Shown here: piece after piece, positions 1 to 6,967 of the stretch | Layout of the letters: every line of letters starts with the position of its first letter | How positions within the stretch are numbered: position 1 is the first letter of the stretch | Assembly (NCBI GenBank): GCA_039179045.1 | Contig: JBCDEZ010000028.1 | Span: 1-20,358, forward strand | Length of the DNA stretch: 20,358 nucleotides | Reading direction: 5' to 3' | Origin: Chlamydiota bacterium | GTDB taxonomy: Bacteria > Chlamydiota > Chlamydiia > Chlamydiales > SM23-39 | The notes under the pieces: model-generated | Told to the model about the DNA's origin: nothing | The model's input: only the letters and a program-made list of their open reading frames with translations | The model's database searches: none | Translations under genes and position numbers: made by a program

Positions 1-60
1 CCGAAATAAGCATATTTCTTTCTATAAAAATTTTCCTATTTAATATACAATGTTTTCCGT

Positions 61-1602
61 ATGATTTATAGATTGGAATGTACCCACCCAGTAAATACTG
101 GTTTATTAAATTTTTCTGTTAGCAGTGAATGGGAATGTTTCGCTGATCTCATCCGTTTTTCCCAAGCCCGCAAGACTAGCAAAGAGGGATCTCATTTGGA
201 TGGCTTCTATCGTTTGGATGCTGATGTTCAGGAAATCGTCCAAAACTATGTTTATTTTTTCTCGGGGAAAGAGCCCGCGAATCTAAAGGAAAAAATAAGA
301 CAAACTTTGCAGCGCAAAGTTTTCGAGGGAACTTCATCGATAAATGATCGAATAGAGCAGCTGATTGGTAATCATTACTTTAAACTTAGCTTCCTGGTAA
401 ACCGTCACTATGGCAAGAGTTTCCAGACGTTTGAATCCATCGACTACGTGTGTGATTTTCTCCAATCCAAACAAAAAACACTATGTTCTTTGGGTAAAGG
501 AACTCCCGGTTGTATCTTTGAAGAAAAAAACAATCACTCAACATTCTCAACTATGCCCTATGCGATATTGGACGAAGAACTATTCGTTATATCACCAATG
601 GAGGTGCTTTTTCCGAAAAAACTTCTGATGACTTGTGCTGCGATTGCAGAGCACTCTGGTATAGGAGCGGAGAACAATTTAGCACCCTTGCCCACATTTT
701 TACCGTATGAATTGCGCTATGCTTCCTATTCCATGGGCACGTTTTGTTGTCAAAATGCAAAGGAGATGAAACCTCTTTGGTTGTTGAGATCCTTCGAACA
801 CTTGCATTGGAAAAACAGCGATTTATCTATCTTTCCTCCAGAAATACTAGGCTTGGGTAAGTTGTTGGCCTTGAATTTGAATGACAATCGCTTAATCGAG
901 ATACCTCCTGAAATCCGCAATTTATCGCTTTTGCAATCGCTCTCATTGTCTGGAAACAGAATTTCTCGACTGCCTCAGACCATCGGTTCCTTAAATTTTT
1001 TGAGACTACTCTACTTAGGGAACAATTTTTTTACAGCGTTCCCTCCTGAAATTTACAGTCTGAAGAAGTTAGAGGAACTAGATTTGCGCTCTAATTCTAT
1101 TGACTCTGTTGATGGTAGGATCCGAGCATTGAGCGCTTTACGGTACTTAAATCTTGGGCAGAATTGCTTGCCAAGCCTGCCTCCTGAAATGGGTGATCTG
1201 AGCAATCTACAAGAACTCCATGTGGAAGGTAATTGCCTGACACGTCTTCCAGAAGATTTGGGACGTGCGCGTTCGTTAAGTCATCTCTTCGTCGATGAAA
1301 ATCAGCTGATTGCGCTTCCAGAAAGCCTCTCTTCTTTAGGGAATTTGCGGGTATGCAGTGCGAAGAATAATGGGCTTTTGTCTTTATCCGAGGCTTTGGT
1401 CGATGCTCGGGCTTTACAGAGCTTGCATGTGGATCACAATCGCTTGACATCGGTTCCCCCTCGCCCTGCAAGCAAGCAGGAAATGCGATACTCTATGGAA
1501 AATAACTGGCTATCTGAGCAGTGTTCTTCTTTTGTCACTTACTTCTTTTACCGGATATACGCTCTTTTTCTGCGGACTTACCACTGCTTATTTTCCCACT
1601 AG
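61..1602 (+). CDS. Leucine-rich repeat protein (unknown N-terminal domain + ~10 LRRs), putative host-targeted effector
   Basis: 513-aa ORF. About ten tandem 23-aa LxxLxxLxLxxNxLxxLPxxIxx repeats from aa ~242 (nt 784-1461). Hydrophobic/aromatic C-terminal tail. No clear SD, so the start is uncertain. Confidence 0.9.
   Translation: MIYRLECTHPVNTGLLNFSVSSEWECFADLIRFSQARKTSKEGSHLDGFYRLDADVQEIVQNYVYFFSGKEPANLKEKIRQTLQRKVFEGTSSINDRIEQLIGNHYFKLSFLVNRHYGKSFQTFESIDYVCDFLQSKQKTLCSLGKGTPGCIFEEKNNHSTFSTMPYAILDEELFVISPMEVLFPKKLLMTCAAIAEHSGIGAENNLAPLPTFLPYELRYASYSMGTFCCQNAKEMKPLWLLRSFEHLHWKNSDLSIFPPEILGLGKLLALNLNDNRLIEIPPEIRNLSLLQSLSLSGNRISRLPQTIGSLNFLRLLYLGNNFFTAFPPEIYSLKKLEELDLRSNSIDSVDGRIRALSALRYLNLGQNCLPSLPPEMGDLSNLQELHVEGNCLTRLPEDLGRARSLSHLFVDENQLIALPESLSSLGNLRVCSAKNNGLLSLSEALVDARALQSLHVDHNRLTSVPPRPASKQEMRYSMENNWLSEQCSSFVTYFFYRIYALFLRTYHCLFSH
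784..1461 (+). repeat. Protein-level tandem LRR array (69-nt period, diverged at DNA level)
   Basis: Units such as LGKLLALNLNDNRLIEIPPEIRN / LSLLQSLSLSGNRISRLPQTIGS / LSALRYLNLGQNCLPSLPPEMGD; 9 full units plus 1 partial. Confidence 0.9.
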
Positions 1603-1675
1603 AAGAATCGTAGATATAGATGAGGGCGCATGCTGAAAGCCTCTAAATGCTCCCATTCCCTTGCCGCTCTGGTTT

Positions 1676-3865
1676 CTACTTATCTTGCAAGAGCCATGTA
1701 AGATCTCTTTGTAAGGAGTAGCTAGAGCCTAGTTGTGGCTCGATGCATACGAGATCTACCCAACCATTTTTGAAGAGATTGCGTACCGCGCTCTCCTCTT
1801 TTACGATTGTATCAATAAAAGAGCGCTTACCGTAGACGACTGTCAGCAGTCTTTGCGGAACATGGTGCGGCGTGCGGTCTCCCTCATAGAGAGACTGCAA
1901 AGAGAGTCCCGTCATGAGATCGCTCGCATTGCCCTGCATGACCCCGATTTTTCCCACAATGTTTTGCGTGACCTTGCTTCCCGCGCCAAATGCGGTAGGG
2001 TCGAGTGTGGAGAAGAGGTACTGCGCCGATATCCAGTGGGCCACCACCATAGGAGCTGTGAGTATCGTGCGCAAATACGCTCCTGAAGGATCTTTTTCCG
2101 GTTCGTAGGAATGCAAGAAACAGCGCCCCTCGAGATTGATTCCTTCTGTCAATCTTCTCGGTCCCACCACAAAGGCGGCATTCCTAGCAAGTCCCCACTC
2201 TGGGCGCACCTCTGCCCAGTTGGTAGCGCGCCTCTTCGCACTGCCAGGCAACAAGCCTCCAGAAGGGCTATTTTTCTTGCGCAAGAGGAGCGCTCTTTTT
2301 TGCGCTTTTTCTAAATCGGCTCGGACTTTGGATAGATCCGAAGAGGCATCCGAGTAAAGGAGCATTTCATCTGTGGTGGTATTGTGCTTGGCAGCAAAAA
2401 AACAGGTGTTTTCCGGGATGACAATCGATGCGCGCTTTAGGTAGCTGCGCACCGCAGGATCGTTGCAAATCTGCGCCAGCAGCTTCGCGTTGCCATCCCC
2501 ATGGTGCCCTCCGCAAGCGCCACAGTCCAAAGAAGAGGCGTGGGGATTGTTTTGGGTTTCACTGCCATGTGCTGAGAGAAAGACTTGGGGAGCAAAGTTG
2601 TCAGTAAGACCGATCATCCGCAACATATTCTCTGCATAGATACACTGCTCTTGTAAAGGGATCGAGTGAGCGTCTACTCGGTAGTCCTTGGGTTTTCCCA
2701 AGGCTTCAGAAAAAAGGTTCTCTAAAGAGGAGGATTGCTTCGGCGCCCAGGTGCGAAGCGCTGTCCAGGTTCCTGCAAAAAAGCCCAAAAATTCGACGAG
2801 GCTAAAGGGAGTAACGAAGGTGTACTTTACCGAGCGGTAAATCTGTTTCATGAGGCGGAAGTAGGTGCCCACACTTCTTTTGGGACCTGCTTTTTGCGCA
2901 CTGCAGTAGACCTTCTCCACGCGGTGCTTTGCTTCTAAGAGGGGGGGGCAAGAAGCGTAGGTCTTGTCGGTGATCGGGTCGTAGAGTTCAAGAGGGATCC
3001 CGAAAAAACCTGCAAAGCCGAACGTTTCGTATGCGCCCGTGCTTTCAAGAGCGCGCCGAAAGGGCTCCGAGCGCGTATCGATGCAAAAAACGAATTGCGC
3101 TATAGGGGATTTTTTGGGGAGGGCATTTGTTTGCAGCCGGCTCAATAAATTAGAGCGGTACTCTTGTTCTCGTTGTTGCATCTCTTCTAAAGGATTGCGC
3201 TCTTGTTGCGCTCTTTGTAAAGCATCCCGGTAGCGTGTGAGTAGGCTTTGCGCATCTGGGAAAAGGAGGTCTACAAGTGATGCGCGCAGTGCCATATACT
3301 CGAGTAGGAGATGTGTTCCAGCTCTCTTAGAAAAAAGAGCCTGGTACTTCACATAACCTGCCCATCCAGGTAGAGAACCGAGCAAAAGCGAAAGGAAAAG
3401 CGAGCGGTCTTTCTCTTCGATCCGCAAGCGAGATAGGGCAAGAGTAAGGGCACTTTCAGGGTCGCAAGGCAGGTTGGATAGCAAAGAGATCCGCTCTTTT
3501 TTTCCCTGATGTATCTGCGCATCGTAAGGGGCCAAGGCCCGCCAACTCTGGTAGAGCCCCTTTTGTCTGCCCGGCATAGGAAAAGCTGCCTGCCCCTCAT
3601 AGAAGTAGGCTTGCAGCCATTTGATCGTTGCTCTATTTGCCGCTTGTAGTTCTTGCGGGCACGTTTTTTTCTGGAAGTGCGCTCTACTTTGGGCAAACGC
3701 CTCTTCGAAGGGGAGCTCCTCTACTCCCAGAAGAGGATTGACTGCTACAAAATCCTCCAAAGGCCAAAAGGGAGCAACGGTTTTCCAGCTTGCTGCCACG
3801 ATCTCTTCAAATGGTCGCTTTGTCGGTGGGGAAGAGCTTTTTTCTGGGGGTGCCATGCATTCCAT
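1676..3865 (-). CDS. dabA: DabA/MpsB-family (DUF2309/UPF0753) inorganic carbon transporter subunit with beta-carbonic-anhydrase-like Zn site
   Basis: 729 aa. Family motifs APFWPLEDFVAVNP, LPGWAGY, FCIDTRSEPFRR (Cys, Asp ligands), AHGS...NNP...LDCGACGG (His, Cys ligands), HNTTTDE, WAEVRPEWGLARNA, FLHSY, GNASDL. Lies 8 nt downstream of dabB. Confidence 0.93.
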   Translation of the reverse strand: MECMAPPEKSSSPPTKRPFEEIVAASWKTVAPFWPLEDFVAVNPLLGVEELPFEEAFAQSRAHFQKKTCPQELQAANRATIKWLQAYFYEGQAAFPMPGRQKGLYQSWRALAPYDAQIHQGKKERISLLSNLPCDPESALTLALSRLRIEEKDRSLFLSLLLGSLPGWAGYVKYQALFSKRAGTHLLLEYMALRASLVDLLFPDAQSLLTRYRDALQRAQQERNPLEEMQQREQEYRSNLLSRLQTNALPKKSPIAQFVFCIDTRSEPFRRALESTGAYETFGFAGFFGIPLELYDPITDKTYASCPPLLEAKHRVEKVYCSAQKAGPKRSVGTYFRLMKQIYRSVKYTFVTPFSLVEFLGFFAGTWTALRTWAPKQSSSLENLFSEALGKPKDYRVDAHSIPLQEQCIYAENMLRMIGLTDNFAPQVFLSAHGSETQNNPHASSLDCGACGGHHGDGNAKLLAQICNDPAVRSYLKRASIVIPENTCFFAAKHNTTTDEMLLYSDASSDLSKVRADLEKAQKRALLLRKKNSPSGGLLPGSAKRRATNWAEVRPEWGLARNAAFVVGPRRLTEGINLEGRCFLHSYEPEKDPSGAYLRTILTAPMVVAHWISAQYLFSTLDPTAFGAGSKVTQNIVGKIGVMQGNASDLMTGLSLQSLYEGDRTPHHVPQRLLTVVYGKRSFIDTIVKEESAVRNLFKNGWVDLVCIEPQLGSSYSLQRDLTWLLQDK

Positions 3866-3873
3866 AGAATCTA

Positions 3874-5199
3874 TCAGTATTGGTAATCGTTCCGGTAGGG
3901 AGTTGTGGCTTCCGGATCGGGCTCACTCGCATTTTTTTGCAACACGTAAACACGGAGAAGCCATCTGGGCGTGTGCTGAAAAAAGGAGAATTTCCAAAGG
4001 GTAAGAAAGAGCCACGCTCCTACCATCAGAAGAATCGTGATCCCATGCCCAATATTGAGAGCTTGCGGCTGCATCATCGACTCAGGCGTTCTATGAGTCA
4101 TGAAATCGACAACAGCGCCGTACAGCAGGCTGAGCGCTCCTACAACGCAAGCTGCGATCCGCTTTTTGTAGCGGATCGGGGCGCAAAGTAGGGGCAGCGC
4201 GCACTGCGATGCGGTAAGAAACACGACGACGAGAAGGACAAGGTTCGTGTCTTGACTGGCCCACGACTTACCACTAGAAAATGCAAAACAAAGACTTCCC
4301 CATGCGCCGTAGAGTAAAGAAAGTGAAAGGAGGGAAAGGGGTCTGTCTGTTTGGATTTCGTAGCACGTCTCGCGCGCAGCACCTCCGGATGCAAAGAAAA
4401 GGTACGACTTGAATAGACTGTGCGTCACGAGGTGAGCGAGAGCAGCAGGAAAAAGGCCCATTCCGCACTGCGCGAACATAAATCCCATCTGCCCCATTGT
4501 GGAGCAGGCGAGCATGCCTTTCACATTGTTTTGCAAAAGCTGCCAAGATGTGCCTAAAAAAGCGCTGATCATGCCTACCGAAAATAGAAGAAAAAGGAGA
4601 CGAGGCTGAGCGAGGTAGAGTGGGAAAAATCGCGCTAGGAAAAAGTACCCCCCATTCACAAATCCCGCATGCATAAAAGCAGAGACAGGAGTAGGAGAGT
4701 TCAAAGAGCTGATCAACCAGCGGTGAAAGGGCCAAAGAGCAGACTGCGTCATCGCACCTAGAATCAAAAGGGTGAGAGCGAATGTTGTTACAGAAGAGCC
4801 CTCCTGCACGCTTTTTGCAGAGAGTACCGTGTCCACGTAGGGAGAGCCTCCTTGCTGCCAGAACAAGGAGAGTGCTACCCCTACAAAAAGCGCCCCTAAT
4901 GCAAAATTTTTCCTCGCAAGAGCGCCACCATTTCTTGCGGCAGACCAGCCTCTATGGTGGGTCATCATCCGAGCTAATAGAGCATTCGAAGCGACCCAGG
5001 AGACGTACAAAACAAGGAGGTGGTTGGCAAAAATCATGCTAGTCAAAGCAGCAATCGCAAGAAATAGCTCAAGAACAAAGCGGGCCTTGCGCCGGTCTCC
5101 TTGCAAATACGTCCAAGAAAACAGGCCTGCTATGCAGCCTACGTAGAGGAGAAGCCCGACAAGAAGTGAAGTGATCGGGTGGGGTGAGAACAGGGACAT
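3874..5199 (-). CDS. dabB: DabB/MpsA-family membrane subunit (NuoL/MrpA-like proton-translocating protein)
   Basis: 441-aa multi-TM protein. Motifs YLQGD, QSALWPFHRWL, SPTPVSAFMHAGFVNGG, STMGQMGFM, HLVTHSLFKSYLF. SD GAGGTG 5 nt before the ATG. Paired with the DUF2309 gene, with no other nuo genes nearby. Confidence 0.9.
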   Translation of the reverse strand: MSLFSPHPITSLLVGLLLYVGCIAGLFSWTYLQGDRRKARFVLELFLAIAALTSMIFANHLLVLYVSWVASNALLARMMTHHRGWSAARNGGALARKNFALGALFVGVALSLFWQQGGSPYVDTVLSAKSVQEGSSVTTFALTLLILGAMTQSALWPFHRWLISSLNSPTPVSAFMHAGFVNGGYFFLARFFPLYLAQPRLLFLLFSVGMISAFLGTSWQLLQNNVKGMLACSTMGQMGFMFAQCGMGLFPAALAHLVTHSLFKSYLFFASGGAARETCYEIQTDRPLSLLSLSLLYGAWGSLCFAFSSGKSWASQDTNLVLLVVVFLTASQCALPLLCAPIRYKKRIAACVVGALSLLYGAVVDFMTHRTPESMMQPQALNIGHGITILLMVGAWLFLTLWKFSFFQHTPRWLLRVYVLQKNASEPDPEATTPYRNDYQY

Positions 5200-5263
5200 A
5201 AAATCACCTCATTGTTTTCGAGAACTAACTATGTCCGTTTTGCCATAACTTTTCGGAAATCCA

Positions 5264-5293
5264 TTTTTATCACAGAGTCCTTTCCGATTGCAA
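5264..5293 (-). promoter_or_regulatory. Candidate sigma70/sigma66-type promoter for dabBA
   Basis: Minus strand TTGCAA (5293-5288), ~18 nt spacer, then TG-A-TAAAAA; about 65-95 nt upstream of the dabB ATG. The -10 match is imperfect. Confidence 0.3.
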
Positions 5294-5381
5294 GCACTCT
5301 ATTCTGGCAAAAACCGAGCTAGAGTGCTGTAGAAGGAAAAAGCATCTATTTTCAAAAAAGGAGTAGAACAAGCTGCATAAA

Positions 5382-5587
5382 AAGCGAGACGACCGTGTCC
5401 AGGATCGGATTTAAGCCTACGGTTCCTCGAAACAAGGGGTGGGGTCTTCCGTCAAATTGCTGAGGCAATCCGGCTACACATTCGATGAGGTGGGCTATGA
5501 GAAATAAGCGACTCTAAAAGGCACCTTTGCTGGTGGTTTACCTTCTTTGGCTTCATAAAATTCGCAAGGGTTCCTCGGGTCACGCTT
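5382..5587 (-). ncRNA. ssrS: 6S RNA-like non-coding RNA
   Basis: 206-nt ORF-free region. On the minus strand the ends pair as a long interrupted stem (AAGCG/CGCUU, UGACC/GGUCG, AGGA/UCCU, CGAAUUU/AAAUCCG, AAGCC/GGCUU). A purine-rich central bubble has a small CCUUG-UUU-CGAGG hairpin on its 3' side, followed by an inner stem CUUUU/GGAAG + GUC/GAC. The order GAAGCC...CCCCACC...GGCUUAA...ACGG parallels recalled 6S RNAs. Ends in a U run. Folded by eye. Confidence 0.72.
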
Positions 5588-5736
5588 GTATTGCTTGCAG
5601 AATCTATACCAACTTTTCCCCTGTTGTTTAGATCCGGTGCATGGCTATTCGAGGAAATCTAAATCTCAATCCTTGGCCTTATCTTACACCCACTTCGGTT
5701 GCAAACAAGGAAAGATTTCTTGCAAATGAAGCCGGT

Positions 5737-6147
5737 TCAAGATCGGTTTCCTAGGTAATCTTGCAATAGAATCAAAGCTGCTGTGCGATCGACTACTTTC
5801 GTTCTTGCTTTCCGAGAAAAGGCGCCTAAAGATTGGTGGGCCCTTATAGAGGTGAATCTTTCATCGAATAAGACCACAGGAAGGGAGAAGTAGTGCGCGA
5901 GATGTTCAGCAAAGGCTCGGGTCGCCCGGCTCATGTCTCCCTCTTTTCCATTCGGCAAAAGAGGGAGGCCTACAACTAGGTTGCGCAATGTGTAATCTTT
6001 TGTTGCAGACTCGATATTGCGCGTGCTCTCTTCAAAAGATTTCCCTGTAGGGACCGTTGCAAGGGGAAGAGCGATCTTGCCTCTTTCATCGGTGATCGCA
6101 AGGCCGATCCTCTTTTGACCGTAATCGATCGCAAGTGTTCTCGTCAT
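5737..6147 (-). CDS. yqgF: YqgF/RuvX-family RNase H-fold nuclease (pre-16S rRNA processing / putative Holliday junction resolvase)
   Basis: 136 aa from the ATG at 6147: MTRTLAIDYGQKRIGLAITD, VVGLP, DERFTS, VDRTAALILLQDYL. The start overlaps the kdsB stop (ATGA). The longer 213-aa ORF-track version is an artefactual upstream extension. Confidence 0.92.
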   Translation of the reverse strand: MTRTLAIDYGQKRIGLAITDERGKIALPLATVPTGKSFEESTRNIESATKDYTLRNLVVGLPLLPNGKEGDMSRATRAFAEHLAHYFSLPVVLFDERFTSIRAHQSLGAFSRKARTKVVDRTAALILLQDYLGNRS

Positions 6148-6917
6148 GCGATACTTTCTTCGGAAAAGAGGTGTTCGTAGAGGGTAGCATCTTCTGGAGT
6201 GTCGACTCCGAAAGCATCTTTTGCGCAGTCGGTAACGGCAACCTTGATCGTATAGCCATGCTCTAAAAAGCGGAGCTGCTCCAGATCTTCCGCCACCTCC
6301 AAAACAGTGGGACGCAGAGAGGGGAGCTTGCGCAAAAAAGCGCTGCGGAAGGCGTAGATGCCAATGTGGTGGTAGCACTCTTCCTGTCCGTGGGGAATGG
6401 CAGAGCGGCTAAAGTACAAAGCATTGCCCTTCTGGTCAAAAACGCATTTGACGCAAGAGGGCGCTTTTACCTCGTTTTGGGAGCGCAAAATAGCAGCAGT
6501 AGAGATGCTAGCGCTCGGATCCTGTGCAAGAGCGTTCACAATTTTGCCGATAGTATCAGAGGAGATATGGGGGTGGTCGCCTTGGATATTGACCACAATA
6601 TCTGCATGGCGCAAGTGGGAGTTCGTGACAAGAACCTCGGCAATGCGATCCGTTCCCGAGCGGTGATGTGAAGAGGTGATGAGGACAGGAACCCATTTTT
6701 GCACATGCTGCGCAATTTCTAAGCTGTCTGTAGCGACAAAAACAGCAGAAAAGTGGGAGATAGAAAGCGCATTTTCCACAGTTCTTTGGATAAGAGACTT
6801 CCCTTGCAAAGGATGCAGCAGCTTTCCTGGAAATCTGCGACTGTTTAGCCTAGCTGGAATAACACAAACAACATTGCGGTCAGAATGCATGCACATTTTT
6901 CTATTGTAATTTCTCAT
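6144..6917 (-). CDS. kdsB: 3-deoxy-manno-octulosonate cytidylyltransferase (CMP-Kdo synthetase)
   Basis: Motifs VIPARLNSRRFPGKLL, VATD, SGTDRIAEV, VNIQGD, ALYFSRSAIP, HIGIYAF, EDLEQLRFLE, GVDTPED. The true start may be an ATG at 6896 or 6890. Confidence 0.95.
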   Translation of the reverse strand: MRNYNRKMCMHSDRNVVCVIPARLNSRRFPGKLLHPLQGKSLIQRTVENALSISHFSAVFVATDSLEIAQHVQKWVPVLITSSHHRSGTDRIAEVLVTNSHLRHADIVVNIQGDHPHISSDTIGKIVNALAQDPSASISTAAILRSQNEVKAPSCVKCVFDQKGNALYFSRSAIPHGQEECYHHIGIYAFRSAFLRKLPSLRPTVLEVAEDLEQLRFLEHGYTIKVAVTDCAKDAFGVDTPEDATLYEHLFSEESIA

Positions 6918-6967
6918 GCTATTTGCTTAGGTAATTAAGAGCAAGGTAAAACAAAAGGAGATCCCCT

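Noticed and set aside
3874..5199. NADH dehydrogenase subunit L (nuoL) of complex I, or mrpA
   Set aside because: No other nuo or mrp genes are adjacent, and it is directly paired with a DUF2309 gene, which defines DabB.
5382..5587. tmRNA, RNase P RNA, SRP RNA or tRNA as the identity of the structured region
   Set aside because: Wrong length and no hallmark motifs seen (no tRNA-like ends or T-loop, no GAGGAAAGUCC, no SRP domain IV loop); the rod-with-bubble layout fits 6S better.
6148..6378. 77-aa N-terminal extension of YqgF in the ORF track
   Set aside because: It lies wholly within kdsB in another frame; YqgF homology starts at MTRTLAIDYG, with an ATGA overlap.
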